64,000 nt of DNA, from the IMG/VR virus record IMGVR_UViG_3300032245_000473, positions 1 through 64,000 of that record; one strand, 5' to 3'. Made by a program: the position numbers and the translations under genes. The DNA comes from a virus. Positions 27,247 through 37,794 of this stretch are shown one piece after another. Each line of letters starts with the position of its first letter. The stretch's first letter is position 1. A model generated the notes under the pieces. That model had not been told where the DNA came from and did no database searches. It saw nothing but the letters and a program-made list of their open reading frames with translations.

Positions 27247-30200
27247 TGCCGCTGGCGGCGGGGCATACGAAACCTCCTCAAGAGGAAAGGGCAATGGCCC
27301 TTCCAAGGTAGTCAACCCCGGTATCGCTTCGTTTGCCTTTGAAATTCCCGGCATCGGGGACACCACCCACAAGGTCAAGCAGTTGACTGATGCTTTGCAT
27401 GGCTTCAAGTCAGCCTTGGCAGGGATGTCGTCGTCCTTCCTTTCGGGTGCCTTCACTAACATCCTGTCTCAGATCAGCCGTGCTTCGGCTACGGCCACTC
27501 AGAATCTGAGTGGTCTGGCCGCTGCATCCCGTGGAGCAGGTGGCGGCGGCGGTGGTGGTGGCGGTGGCGGTGGCGGCGGTCGTTACGGGGGGTTCTCACC
27601 TAGCACCTCCTCAAACGCCGGTTTCGCCCAGAACTGGTCACGCTCCGCAGGAGGCGGCAACACCACTGGTGGTTCCGTGGGCGGAGCCGCAGCAGCCAAC
27701 ATGGGGACCACCATCGGTGGGGCGATCAACGACGTGACCAGTGGCTTCATTGAGGGCCTTCCCATCATCGGCTCCATGGCTAAAGGTGTATTGGACTTCG
27801 CTGGTGACATGGCGATGTTCCCACTGCGATTCGCCAGAGAGCGAATCAACACCAACCGAAACGCTGCTGCGAGGATGACAGCAGACCTCACGCCCTACCA
27901 GTGGCAGGGCGGCGGTAAGAAAGAGATGGACGCCATCCTCAGTTCCATCAAGAACATCCCCGGCAATATGAAGGGGGACGTTACTGACATCCTCAACGCT
28001 CTAACGATAGGTCGCCAAAGCGGTGCCATGGCCCCCCTTGGGGGAAACCTCGGTCAGGATAAAGCCAGCCAGTTCTACAACATGATTGGCCAATTTCAGA
28101 TGATGACTCCCGGTAAGGGAGCCAGTGAAGTGGCCAAGGTAGTTGGGTCCCAGATCAGTAATACACAGGCCAACCAGACAGCGGCCTTCTATACCGGTGG
28201 TACCTTCTCCCTGCTCAAAATGGGCGGGGGAATGAAGTCTGCGTCCGAATGGGCACAAGGCATCATGAACTGGCTGAAGAATCAGCGACCCGGCAAGGAC
28301 AGAGGGAAGGTATTCAACTACGGTGAATTGCTGGCGCAGAACTTCCCCGGCTCAAACATCAACGCTTGGTTCGACCAAACCGGGGTTAGCCCGGAGATGC
28401 GTGATTACTGGTGGTCGTGGGCGCTTGCCTCAACGAACACCGGCATGGGCGGAGAGAAAATCTTTGACTACATGGGCGGTAATAGCGACGCAGAGAAACT
28501 TGCGAGCAACCAAGCATGGCGAAAGGCTGCTGCCACTACTGCTCTGACCCGCAACGAGTTCGGACTGGCTGGGCAGATGACTGGCCAGTATGCCACGCGA
28601 GAGCGGTCTAACCAGTGGTTCAACCAAGCGATGGGCGCAGCGGTCAACCGGTTGGTCCCCGGTATGGCTAAGGGCGCTCTCGGGATGATCCAGTACATGC
28701 CCGATGAAGTCGAACAATTCCTATGGAACATCCTTGAGTCCTCCGGCCCCCTCGGCCAAATCGTTGGTGGCGGTATCGGATGGACTGCCGCAGCAACGGC
28801 CGCAGCAACGGCTGGTGGTATGACCCCCCCCGGAGGTAGTGGGTCGCCAATTGTTCCTAATTCTGATGGGACTTCTTCTACAGGGGACATTGGCGATTAC
28901 GGTGCTTACGGGGGTTCCAGTACTGCTGGTCTGCACCCCGATATGCGCCGAAAGGTAGACCGGATGATGCGGGATAACCCGCGTTTGAAGGTGACATCCG
29001 GCCTTCGTGACGGATACACACAAGCCAAGTTGAAAAAGAAGGGCATTGGTAACTTTGGTTCAGGCGCACCATTCATCGGTGATTTGGGTGATAACGGGGT
29101 AAATGGCCACGGCCAGCACTCTGGTGGGTGGGCAGCAGACCTCGGACCACGTTCGGAGTATGGGTGGATTGCTGCTAATGCTCATAAGTACGGCCTAGAA
29201 ACTGGTGGACGCCATGGTGAGCCGTGGCACGTTCAGGCTGCTGGAACAGTTGGTGGGTTCTCCAAGCGCCGACGCCGGGGCACGGGCGACATTGGTGACT
29301 TGGGAGGGTGGCTTAGTGACACAATTTCCTCCATTCCCATCGTTGGTACGGCATTCGATATGGCTGGCGGGATCATGGACGGTATTGAGATGATCGCAAA
29401 GACCTTGGGAGTGATGTTCAAGGGAATCCAGACGTTGGTTGGAATGTCGACCGGTGGGGGACTTCTTGACATGTCCAATCCCGATCCTTCACAGGTAGCA
29501 GCGAAGTCTCAGCAGTACATGAGTCTCATGGGGTTGGGGTCAGGAGCAGGCGTAAAGGCGGACGTGGTCCTCCCTTACGACGCTGCGTTCGGTCGCGGAT
29601 TGCCCACTCAACTAAACCTGTCTAACTCATGGCAGGGAACTTCCGGCTCTACTAGCGGCGGGGTTGGTAGCGGCGGGGTTGGTAGCGGCGGGGTCGGTAG
29701 TGGAGGCGGTGGAGGCGCATCGGGTTCAATGCCCGGGTCCGCCAACGTGCAGCGAATTCTTCAGAAGTACGCCGGGGGGACGTCGAGTGTCAACGCCAAG
29801 TCCGCCGACGCTGCTACTAGGCAGCGTATGGAGGTCGCCTTGCGTGCCGCCTCAGAAGCAGGGTTCTCTGGAGATGAACTGGTAGCCATCGTTTCACTTG
29901 CTGGGCGAGAATCAAATTTCCGCCCTGAGGCGTACAACGGAAACCTTGGTACTGGCGACAACTCGTACGGTCTGTGGCAGATCAACACCCTCAACGGTAT
30001 GTGGGAGAACATGAGAGGCCCTCTTGGCCTGACTGACAAGAACCAGTTGAAAGACCCGATGATCAACGCCCGGGCCGCAAAGTACTTGTTCGATCAGAGC
30101 AGGACTCCGTTCTTCGCATGGGGTCCATACCGGGGAGATGCCCCTCTTCATGGCGGAGCAGAAGATTGGGTTCCGACGGTGTACTCCGTGGCCAAGGCTG

Positions 30201-30403
30201 ATGGGTACGTGGGCGACATTGGTGATCTTGGTGATTACTCGCAACGCTCGCAGATGAGCAGCAACATGACCATTCAGTTCAACAACCAGTTCCACCTGAA
30301 CACGCAGGGTATGACCGGAGGCATGGACATCGGACGCCTTGTTCCGATCATGGCTGACCGGTTGGAGGAAGAAATGCGTAAGCGGTTGGCGGTACGTAGA
30401 TGA
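27236..30403 (+). CDS. Tape measure protein with M15-like peptidase and lysozyme-like/transglycosylase domains
   Basis: 1055 aa, G/A-rich; VTSGLR...HSGGWAAD...EPWHVQ (M15-like); RESNFRPEAYN...DNSYGLWQIN (SLT/lysozyme-like). Confidence 0.85.
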   Translation: MEPNAAGGGAYETSSRGKGNGPSKVVNPGIASFAFEIPGIGDTTHKVKQLTDALHGFKSALAGMSSSFLSGAFTNILSQISRASATATQNLSGLAAASRGAGGGGGGGGGGGGGGRYGGFSPSTSSNAGFAQNWSRSAGGGNTTGGSVGGAAAANMGTTIGGAINDVTSGFIEGLPIIGSMAKGVLDFAGDMAMFPLRFARERINTNRNAAARMTADLTPYQWQGGGKKEMDAILSSIKNIPGNMKGDVTDILNALTIGRQSGAMAPLGGNLGQDKASQFYNMIGQFQMMTPGKGASEVAKVVGSQISNTQANQTAAFYTGGTFSLLKMGGGMKSASEWAQGIMNWLKNQRPGKDRGKVFNYGELLAQNFPGSNINAWFDQTGVSPEMRDYWWSWALASTNTGMGGEKIFDYMGGNSDAEKLASNQAWRKAAATTALTRNEFGLAGQMTGQYATRERSNQWFNQAMGAAVNRLVPGMAKGALGMIQYMPDEVEQFLWNILESSGPLGQIVGGGIGWTAAATAAATAGGMTPPGGSGSPIVPNSDGTSSTGDIGDYGAYGGSSTAGLHPDMRRKVDRMMRDNPRLKVTSGLRDGYTQAKLKKKGIGNFGSGAPFIGDLGDNGVNGHGQHSGGWAADLGPRSEYGWIAANAHKYGLETGGRHGEPWHVQAAGTVGGFSKRRRRGTGDIGDLGGWLSDTISSIPIVGTAFDMAGGIMDGIEMIAKTLGVMFKGIQTLVGMSTGGGLLDMSNPDPSQVAAKSQQYMSLMGLGSGAGVKADVVLPYDAAFGRGLPTQLNLSNSWQGTSGSTSGGVGSGGVGSGGVGSGGGGGASGSMPGSANVQRILQKYAGGTSSVNAKSADAATRQRMEVALRAASEAGFSGDELVAIVSLAGRESNFRPEAYNGNLGTGDNSYGLWQINTLNGMWENMRGPLGLTDKNQLKDPMINARAAKYLFDQSRTPFFAWGPYRGDAPLHGGAEDWVPTVYSVAKADGYVGDIGDLGDYSQRSQMSSNMTIQFNNQFHLNTQGMTGGMDIGRLVPIMADRLEEEMRKRLAVRR
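29653..29700 (+). repeat. 15-bp tandem repeat x3 (SGGVG linker)
   Basis: AGCGGCGGGGT(T/C)GGT repeated three times. Confidence 0.8.
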
Positions 30404-32061
30404 TCAACGCCGGAAATACCAACAACTATGTGGCCTTGGTGTCTGCTCCCTATGGGTTTACCGGGGCCGCTCCTTACAACCAGTCTGATGTCCCCTCCCA
30501 TTGGGCATCCAATAACGCCCTTTCACCGCAGCAACTAGAGCAGAAACTGGCGTATGAATGGCTGAACAGCCATGAGATCAGCGGCGAGGACTCAAACCCA
30601 CCGTTTACGTCAGGCGCATCGGGCCGGTTGATCCCCGGACTCAATGGCGGGCAGCGGATCGTGCGAGGGTACATCCGCAGGGCTAACTACGAAGCCAACG
30701 ATGCCACAAGCAAGAAGCGGCTCTACTTCATGTATAACCCTGAGACGATTGTCAGGGATTACGTGTCGTACTTGGACCAAGCCGCCTTGGACCCCTTCAA
30801 CACCGTCTACGGTTCCAAGAACCTCGTCGCTCCCCCCTCGTTCATGAACTTCCGGTTCGACTTGTTCTTCGACCGGCAGGATGAAGTGTCGCAAGACATG
30901 AATAACCCCGGAGTGTTCGCTGACTACCAGTTCTTCGATCTTGTGGTCCGCAATGTCATACCCTCAAACCCGAATTCGGTCAGCAACCAGATTCCCGATA
31001 ACGGTGTAATGATGGTGAACCCCCGTGACATCACGGTGGTGTTCAGCCCGCAACTGTCTGTGCAGGGTCGCCCCATCAACGCACAGGTGGTCTTTGAGAA
31101 GTTCTCCAGTCGCATGACCCCTATCCGCATGCGGATCAGTCTTGAAATGCGTGTCGTCTACATCGGCCCCATGAGGGAGTTCTCTGAGTACACGATGGAA
31201 GCAGCGGTTACCAGCACTTCCGATACTGTCGCCGCTGACGATTCCGCAAACTTTACGCTTACGTACAACACTGTGGTGGCCGCTTCTGGCGCTAACTCCG
31301 GTATCGGTGCTTACACCCCGAGTGCGAATCCCCAGACTCAGTCAAATCTTGTCAATGTAGGCAACTTGGCAAATATCGGTAACACCGCTGATGGAACCGG
31401 TGGTACCGCAAGTTCTCCTAATGGAAGGGTTCGCAGTAACGCCCTTCAATGGGCGATCAACCACGTAAAAGAGGGATACACCCTCTACGACAACAACTTC
31501 GGGTTCCGTGGTAATGGCGTGGACCCGTCGGGGTTCCTGCGCTACGCCGATTGCTCCTCACTTGTGTGGTGGGCATACCGCAGTATCGGTATGTCCGAGA
31601 GAATGGGCTGGGGGAAGAACACCCCGGGGAATGTCCAGAGCATGCTGGACGCTATGATCAAGAACAACACCGGCTTGGTACTCCTTTCGTGGGACCCTGA
31701 ATCTGCTGACCTAGCCAGAACTTGGTTCTCCGTCAAAGCCAACCGTGACAAGATGCTTCCCGGTGACCTCATCATCCGCGATAAGCGACTTGTGCCCGGT
31801 GCGCGCACCAGTCACGTAGCGTTCTTCAACGGATGGGCGGACAACGAAGGGAATTTCTTCAATGTCTTTGATGCCGCTGGTCAATCCAAGACTCCGCAGG
31901 TGGGCCACCGTAAATCTGGACATCTCGGCTGGAACCACAGTTCACTGCTGAACTTTGAGAATGGTGCCGGTGCTACGCACATTGTTAGGCCCATTCCGCT
32001 TGGAGCATCCTCCGTCACTACATACAGCACTAACAGTCCTTACGCAGGGATTAGGTACTGA
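30400..32061 (+). CDS. Tube-initiator/baseplate protein fused to an NlpC/P60-like domain
   Basis: FMYNPETI, FDLFFDR, FSSRMTPIR N-terminal domain; ADCSSLVWWAY...PGDLI...SHVAFF C-terminal Cys-His hydrolase. Confidence 0.75.
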   Translation: MINAGNTNNYVALVSAPYGFTGAAPYNQSDVPSHWASNNALSPQQLEQKLAYEWLNSHEISGEDSNPPFTSGASGRLIPGLNGGQRIVRGYIRRANYEANDATSKKRLYFMYNPETIVRDYVSYLDQAALDPFNTVYGSKNLVAPPSFMNFRFDLFFDRQDEVSQDMNNPGVFADYQFFDLVVRNVIPSNPNSVSNQIPDNGVMMVNPRDITVVFSPQLSVQGRPINAQVVFEKFSSRMTPIRMRISLEMRVVYIGPMREFSEYTMEAAVTSTSDTVAADDSANFTLTYNTVVAASGANSGIGAYTPSANPQTQSNLVNVGNLANIGNTADGTGGTASSPNGRVRSNALQWAINHVKEGYTLYDNNFGFRGNGVDPSGFLRYADCSSLVWWAYRSIGMSERMGWGKNTPGNVQSMLDAMIKNNTGLVLLSWDPESADLARTWFSVKANRDKMLPGDLIIRDKRLVPGARTSHVAFFNGWADNEGNFFNVFDAAGQSKTPQVGHRKSGHLGWNHSSLLNFENGAGATHIVRPIPLGASSVTTYSTNSPYAGIRY

Positions 32062-32393
32062 TGATCACTCCCGATTCCCGCTATCAAGATGCCACCAAGA
32101 CCTTTACCGTGGGCCACACCTACGACGAATACGGTCGCATCTATCTGGATGGTGATGAGCCGACCCCGGTGCCGAAGACTGTCTCCCATGAGACATTGTT
32201 TCGTCTGACTACTCCCGCTCCTACCCCAGTCTCTCCTGTTACTTACATGGTCAAGGACGGTGAAGACCTGTCATTCATCGCTTGGAAACTGACCTCGGCG
32301 CATAACAATTGGTGGCGCATTGCGGAAGCCAACCCGTCCATTTGGTACCCCTTGGACCTCACCACTGGTACGGCCCTAAAGGTTCCACTCTGA
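32061..32393 (+). CDS. LysM/tail X-like baseplate protein
   Basis: SRY; YMVKDGEDLSFIA...WWRIAEANP...GTALKVP. Confidence 0.85.
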   Translation: MITPDSRYQDATKTFTVGHTYDEYGRIYLDGDEPTPVPKTVSHETLFRLTTPAPTPVSPVTYMVKDGEDLSFIAWKLTSAHNNWWRIAEANPSIWYPLDLTTGTALKVPL

Positions 32394-32394
32394 T

Positions 32395-33612
32395 ATGGCT
32401 GTCAACGCCTCCTTCGATGCTCAATTTCTCAACATCCCAATCCGTTCACTGTTCATCAACGGTGATGTGTTTCCTGTCGTAATCCGTGAGGTGACAATTG
32501 ACAGGGGTCAAGGGGTCCACGACTCGGTCACGATGTCGGTGTTGATCCCCGGGGAAATGACCTTCAACGGAAATATTCGTATCCCATACGACGATCCGAC
32601 CTCCATATCACGGACTAGGGACGTGTCGGTATCGTCCTTGACCGGGCAGGCAGTCAACTTCACCTTCGGTATTTCCCCCAGTGTGGAACAGTTCTTTGGG
32701 TACGTAATTTCAATTACCCCTGACCAGCAATTCAAGCAGGGTTTGAACTACGTGATTCAGATGGTCGGCAGCACGCTGATTACACAGATACTGAACCGAA
32801 GGTTCTACACCAACATCACTGCTTCGCAGGTAGCCAAGAAATGCACGGATCGCTCACGTCTTGGATACCAAGGTGTTTCTACCTCTTACAGATGGCCTGC
32901 AATCGGGGTAACCAACGACACCGACTGGACTGTCCTCAACGCCATGGCTTCTGTAAGCGGCTGCATTCTCTTGAATTGGGCAGGGGTGGTGAGGATGGTC
33001 GACCCCTTAGAACTGTTCCGTGAGTATCCGTTCACCACTCTGGTGCAGAGTGATGAGATTCTGGAATCCGACCGCAAGTTGATGGACTTCAAGCCTACGG
33101 AACACACAATTCGACAGGTCAGTAAGGCTCCTCAGCAGTTCTACTTCTTCGATGCTGGCGGCGGAGTGGTGTCTCATATTCAGCCCACTGCCTCAAAGGC
33201 TGACCCAGTGCCTTGGTTCAAGAGTCCTGTCCGTAGCCGGGAAGAAGCCGAGGTGTATGGAAACGCCTCCGTCAGGAGCCTGTCCCGGTGGCTTCAGGAT
33301 GCTTCTGCGCGTATCAAGGGAGACGCTTCGATCTACCCCGGGGTGACCGTGGATGTGAACACCGGCACACGTTCATCCAGCGCAAAGTTCAACGGTAGGT
33401 GGTTGGTAACCCACGTAAAGCATTCAATGAAGCGTGACGCTTACGCTACCGAACTAACGCTCACCCGACCCGGAGCCAGTATCCCCGCTCTGACTAAGTC
33501 GTCCTTTGAGCATTTCTGGCGTAACTCTCCGAAGGCCCGCCCCTCGCTTAGTCTTCGTAATGGCCAATGGGTGTCATCATGGGCAGACCCATTTGTGGAG
33601 GTAGCAGTCTGA
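32395..33612 (+). CDS. Baseplate hub protein (gp27/gpD/VgrG-N-like)
   Basis: TDWTVL; IKGDASIYPG; FNGRWLVTHVKHSM...YATELTLTR. Confidence 0.75.
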   Translation: MAVNASFDAQFLNIPIRSLFINGDVFPVVIREVTIDRGQGVHDSVTMSVLIPGEMTFNGNIRIPYDDPTSISRTRDVSVSSLTGQAVNFTFGISPSVEQFFGYVISITPDQQFKQGLNYVIQMVGSTLITQILNRRFYTNITASQVAKKCTDRSRLGYQGVSTSYRWPAIGVTNDTDWTVLNAMASVSGCILLNWAGVVRMVDPLELFREYPFTTLVQSDEILESDRKLMDFKPTEHTIRQVSKAPQQFYFFDAGGGVVSHIQPTASKADPVPWFKSPVRSREEAEVYGNASVRSLSRWLQDASARIKGDASIYPGVTVDVNTGTRSSSAKFNGRWLVTHVKHSMKRDAYATELTLTRPGASIPALTKSSFEHFWRNSPKARPSLSLRNGQWVSSWADPFVEVAV

Positions 33613-34013
33613 TGCAAGCAATCAAGTTTCCGTTCTCTGTTTCAAACGGTCGAACCGTTCAGTCCACGTCGTCCTACGAGGAAATCGTGCGCGGCCAAGT
33701 CGTTGACGCTCTCATGACCAACCAAGGGGACCGCGTTTCTCGAGCCAACTACGGCTGCGACATCCAGTCAGCCCTCTTCGACCCGTCAGACGAACTGGTC
33801 AGGGCCGACGCCGGTGCCTACATCAAGGATAAGTTGCAGAGATTTGTTCCTAGGTGCGTGGTCAACTCGGTACGCATTGAATCACCGGACAATGAGGCTG
33901 GAGTAATCTACATCTCGGTGGCATACCAGACCTCGGTGTATCAGAACGAGCAGACTTTGAGGGTGCCCGTGAGTAGCGAATTCATTCAGCGAAGCATTGG
34001 GGGCACGGTATGA
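33612..34013 (+). CDS. Baseplate wedge gp25/gpW-like
   Basis: IKFPF; LMTNQGDRVSRANYGCDI..LFDP; FVPR. Confidence 0.88.
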   Translation: MQAIKFPFSVSNGRTVQSTSSYEEIVRGQVVDALMTNQGDRVSRANYGCDIQSALFDPSDELVRADAGAYIKDKLQRFVPRCVVNSVRIESPDNEAGVIYISVAYQTSVYQNEQTLRVPVSSEFIQRSIGGTV

Positions 34014-35737
34014 CCGACCAAGGTGTAATCATCACATCGGAGGATTTCCGAAAGACCCGAAGCCGGGCTGTGCTGGACTACACCTCCAGAGACTTCGCCG
34101 CCATTCGCGCCCAGTTGGTTGGACTCGCCAAGGGATTCATGCCTGAGTGGGAGACGGTCGGGGAAGCCGGTGACTTCGGAACCCTTCTGCTGGAACTGTT
34201 CGCCTACATGGGCGATGTCATGCACTTCTACATTGACCGAACCGCTAGCGAGGCGTTTCTTGGAACCGCAGTGCGTCGTCAGAGTGTGCTGTACATCGCT
34301 GACATGTTGGGATACAAGCCCATTGGGCAGCAGGCAGCATCGGTAATCCTTACTTTTTCCATGGCAGACGCTGCCGCTCTGGAGACTGCGCTGGGTCTGA
34401 CCACGGCTGAGGCGCTGGATTATTCGGTCACTATCCCTGCTGGAACCCGGGTTACAAACAGCACAAACACTGCCGACTCGCAGGCAATCTTTGAGACGGA
34501 CTACGAGTTCACCTTGACCCCCGGAACCTCCTTGGAAGTGTTCGCTACAGAGGGTGTGACCATCAGCAACGAAGGTCTGGGTAACTCCAAGGGCACGCCG
34601 AACGCCACCTATCTGGTTCCCAACACCGGGGTCATCAGCAACTCGGTGGAGATCACTACGCGTGAAGGAGGGAACAACATTCGGTGGACGTATGTATCCG
34701 AAATCTCCTTGGCTCGTCCGACCCAATCCGCATTCACCACCTACTTGGACGATGAAGGCCGCACCTTCTTGGTGTTCGGGGACAATTCCGCCGGGCGAAT
34801 CCCGCCGTTCGGCTCTGAAATCTTTGTCAGTTATCGGTATGGCGTGGGCGCTTCAGCCAACGATTTGTCCCTAGGGTCGCTCACTGTTCTGGTCCCCCCT
34901 ACCGGTGTGGACATCTACGGCATCTTTGTCACCAACGGTGCGCCGCCGATTGGTGGCGCAGACCATGAGTCTGTTGAAAGCATGCGGTACTCCATTCCAC
35001 GTTCTACTGGTCGGCTGAAGTCACGCGCCGTAACTCTCAACGACTACGCCGACCTCGCTTTGCAGGTCCCCGGCGTAGCCAAAGCCGTATCATTCGGCAC
35101 GTTGTACACAGCCGTACATGTCCGTGTTGCGCCCGTCGGCGGCAACGCCAATGACGCCTACATGGCTCGGCTGAACGCCGCAGTTGAAGATCATTTGAGG
35201 GACAAGGTTCTGGTAGGAACCCATATCTATTCAGAACCAAGTACCGCTGATGACTTGTGGCTGGACGCTTACCTGCGTATCACGGTGCATGTGCAGCCTG
35301 CGTACAACAAGACGCAGGTGCGTAAGGCTGTGGAAAACTCTGTGAGAAGTCTGTTCGCCTTTGACAATGTGGATTTCGGCACCCGTATCTCGCTTGGTCA
35401 GGTATACCGGGCCTGCCTTACTGTCCAAGGCGTCGAATGGGCAGAGATTCGGTGGTTGGATTCAGTTGCCCCTTCCAATACGTCAATGGAAGTAACGCTG
35501 GACCAAGACGACGATGTCCGCAAGATTCAATCGCAGGGGTTGGCTCCTGACGAACTGCACATCGTCCGCATCAAGACTTTCGTTGTGGACGCCGCCCTGT
35601 TGGCTCGGTACCCAGATTCCACACTGGGAGCCACGAATGTTGTGGAGTCGGCAGCATATTGGCCTGACCTTTCGCTGGACGAACGCACCCACGATGGTCT
35701 GTGGGTAAAGGCTGATGGAGGGTTGGTCGGGACATGA
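34010..35737 (+). CDS. Baseplate J/gp47-like wedge protein
   Basis: DYTSRDF, DFGTLLLELFAY, FGDNSAGRIP, GGADHES, RAVTLNDY...VPGVAKA. Confidence 0.92.
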   Translation: MTDQGVIITSEDFRKTRSRAVLDYTSRDFAAIRAQLVGLAKGFMPEWETVGEAGDFGTLLLELFAYMGDVMHFYIDRTASEAFLGTAVRRQSVLYIADMLGYKPIGQQAASVILTFSMADAAALETALGLTTAEALDYSVTIPAGTRVTNSTNTADSQAIFETDYEFTLTPGTSLEVFATEGVTISNEGLGNSKGTPNATYLVPNTGVISNSVEITTREGGNNIRWTYVSEISLARPTQSAFTTYLDDEGRTFLVFGDNSAGRIPPFGSEIFVSYRYGVGASANDLSLGSLTVLVPPTGVDIYGIFVTNGAPPIGGADHESVESMRYSIPRSTGRLKSRAVTLNDYADLALQVPGVAKAVSFGTLYTAVHVRVAPVGGNANDAYMARLNAAVEDHLRDKVLVGTHIYSEPSTADDLWLDAYLRITVHVQPAYNKTQVRKAVENSVRSLFAFDNVDFGTRISLGQVYRACLTVQGVEWAEIRWLDSVAPSNTSMEVTLDQDDDVRKIQSQGLAPDELHIVRIKTFVVDAALLARYPDSTLGATNVVESAAYWPDLSLDERTHDGLWVKADGGLVGT

Positions 35738-37794
35738 GTGACCTCTGGAATGAGGTAACGCCCCCGGCGTTCACCGTCCAGCGTGTCACTACTGATGGCA
35801 CAGGCGGTGACTTTGTTAGGGGCCGCCCTGCTCGTCAGAATGCTCTTCGATACAGGGCTAAGAGCATCACCACAAACACAGCCAGCGACAAGATCGCCGT
35901 CAAGTCGTCAATGACGGCGGTTCCCTCTGACTACGGAGTGATTGAACTGTCGTGGGCTTGGCCAGCGGCGTACAAGGATTGGTCAGAGGTAGCCATCGTC
36001 CGGTCAGGTATGGGACACCCCAGCACCGTCAACGACGGGGTTACGGTGTTCATGGCGCATAGCGCCACCACCATCGTGAACGAGTTTGACTATCAGTTCT
36101 ACGACGAAGAGGGTAACCCCCTGACCATCACTATCGAAGACCGGGACTTGCAACCCGGTCGTTGGTACTACTACACACTGTTCTTCCTCACCACTTACTG
36201 GGAGCCTGTGATGTTTGCGGAGGCGTTGACGCCGCGCAACTTCGGCCACTTCGACCACCTCTTCTCCCGAGTTCCTGAGTATTACCGGTGGGTCGACGCA
36301 CGATTCCGTGGGGAACAGGGTTACCTTCAGCAGTTCCTCAAGTCGTTCGGCTTTGAACTGGACTTGACTCGGGAATATGTTGAGTCTTGGCAGGACACGT
36401 ACCACTTTGACAACAGCCCTTGGCCGCTTCTCTATCAAGTGGGCCTCAACCTCGGTGTAGGTAGGGACGACGGTCTTGGGGAAGTTCGGTCACGGTCACT
36501 GATCAGCCAGATCAATACTCTGTACGACAAGCGTGGAACCACCGCTGGGATCAAGGGAGTCATCGAAGCGGCCTCCAAGTATGAGGCTGCTCTCAGCAGC
36601 GGACGGAATCTGATGCTGCTCCCCGATGACAGCGAGTTCGTACAGGGCTATGGAAACTGGCTCCTCAGCGAGTTTGGTCTTCCTTACACCGCTCACCATG
36701 TGAGCGCCCTCGCTCGGGCAAGGGCCTTCAATGCCCTAGTAACAACGACCTACATCACGTACAACATCACCAACGTATCGCTGACTAGTAACGTGGCTGA
36801 GGTCACTACCTCAACCGCCCACAACTTCTCAGTCGGCAACATCGTCACGGTGTTTGGTGTCGACGCCTTGTTCAACGGAACCTTTACGGTCACTGCCACG
36901 CCAACGACAACCACGTTCAGGTACGCATTGGTTAGTGCAAATGTTGCATCCACCTTGGCCTCGGGCGAGGCACACGCTGAACGCAACACATTGGCCACAC
37001 GCACATCGACCTATGCCGATGCTGCCAGCGTGGCATACGACGCTTTCATTCGCACCACTCCTCCCGACACTCGCCATGTCGCCTTGACCACCCTGTCATC
37101 GGTTGGAACCGTGTCCAGCGGAATCACGGTGTTGGACGTAGCACCAGAATCCGGTGTTGGAGTTCTGGCGGTCAACGTAAGTGACACGTTCGGCACCGGT
37201 GATGTCTCATTGACGTGCGGAATAGGGACCGCCGATAACGGCGTAGAGATGTCCCCCAAGTACAACGGCATTCCTGTGGAGCCAAATATCCGGTACGGCT
37301 TTACGTGTCAGTACAAGTATGGCTCCAACGGGTTCATTGGTGCAGTGAACACCAGTAGTTCTGTAACTGTAGGGATTCTCTGGTACGACCGAAATGAACT
37401 GTTGATTGGGTCTGACTGGTACACCGTTCCTGTAACCGGCGGGTGGCAGGAACTTGTCGTTTACGGGGTAGCCCCTTCCACCTACACCAGTGTTTCCTTT
37501 GGTGAGGCAGTCGGTGCAGCGTTTGATGCTCGTACCACAGGTACGTTGATCGCCGTGGCTCCTGCACCGATCAATGCCTCACTGCGGTATAACGCCCCTA
37601 CGGAAGCGCAGTATGCCATTCCCTACATCACCGTGGCAGAACGAAACAGCGGTGATGACTTCCGAATGATGGGCTGCATGTTCTACGCCGCTGGTAAGGC
37701 GGGTGAAGCGGCACCGCTCGCCCCGGACATCTACCTCACGCTGGGCACCGATGAACTCATTGGTGTCGCCTCTGGAAAGGTGATCGGCGGATAA
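35734..37794 (+). CDS. Baseplate wedge / tail protein I-like
   Basis: VPEYYR...LQQFLKSFGFELD, LYDKRGTTAGI; inserted TTSTAHNFSVG...FNGTFTV beta-barrel. Confidence 0.8.
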   Translation: MSDLWNEVTPPAFTVQRVTTDGTGGDFVRGRPARQNALRYRAKSITTNTASDKIAVKSSMTAVPSDYGVIELSWAWPAAYKDWSEVAIVRSGMGHPSTVNDGVTVFMAHSATTIVNEFDYQFYDEEGNPLTITIEDRDLQPGRWYYYTLFFLTTYWEPVMFAEALTPRNFGHFDHLFSRVPEYYRWVDARFRGEQGYLQQFLKSFGFELDLTREYVESWQDTYHFDNSPWPLLYQVGLNLGVGRDDGLGEVRSRSLISQINTLYDKRGTTAGIKGVIEAASKYEAALSSGRNLMLLPDDSEFVQGYGNWLLSEFGLPYTAHHVSALARARAFNALVTTTYITYNITNVSLTSNVAEVTTSTAHNFSVGNIVTVFGVDALFNGTFTVTATPTTTTFRYALVSANVASTLASGEAHAERNTLATRTSTYADAASVAYDAFIRTTPPDTRHVALTTLSSVGTVSSGITVLDVAPESGVGVLAVNVSDTFGTGDVSLTCGIGTADNGVEMSPKYNGIPVEPNIRYGFTCQYKYGSNGFIGAVNTSSSVTVGILWYDRNELLIGSDWYTVPVTGGWQELVVYGVAPSTYTSVSFGEAVGAAFDARTTGTLIAVAPAPINASLRYNAPTEAQYAIPYITVAERNSGDDFRMMGCMFYAAGKAGEAAPLAPDIYLTLGTDELIGVASGKVIGG

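Noticed and set aside
27540-27580. GGC/GGT run as a phase-variable microsatellite
   Set aside because: In-frame poly-glycine linker with mixed codons; slippage would not shift the frame.
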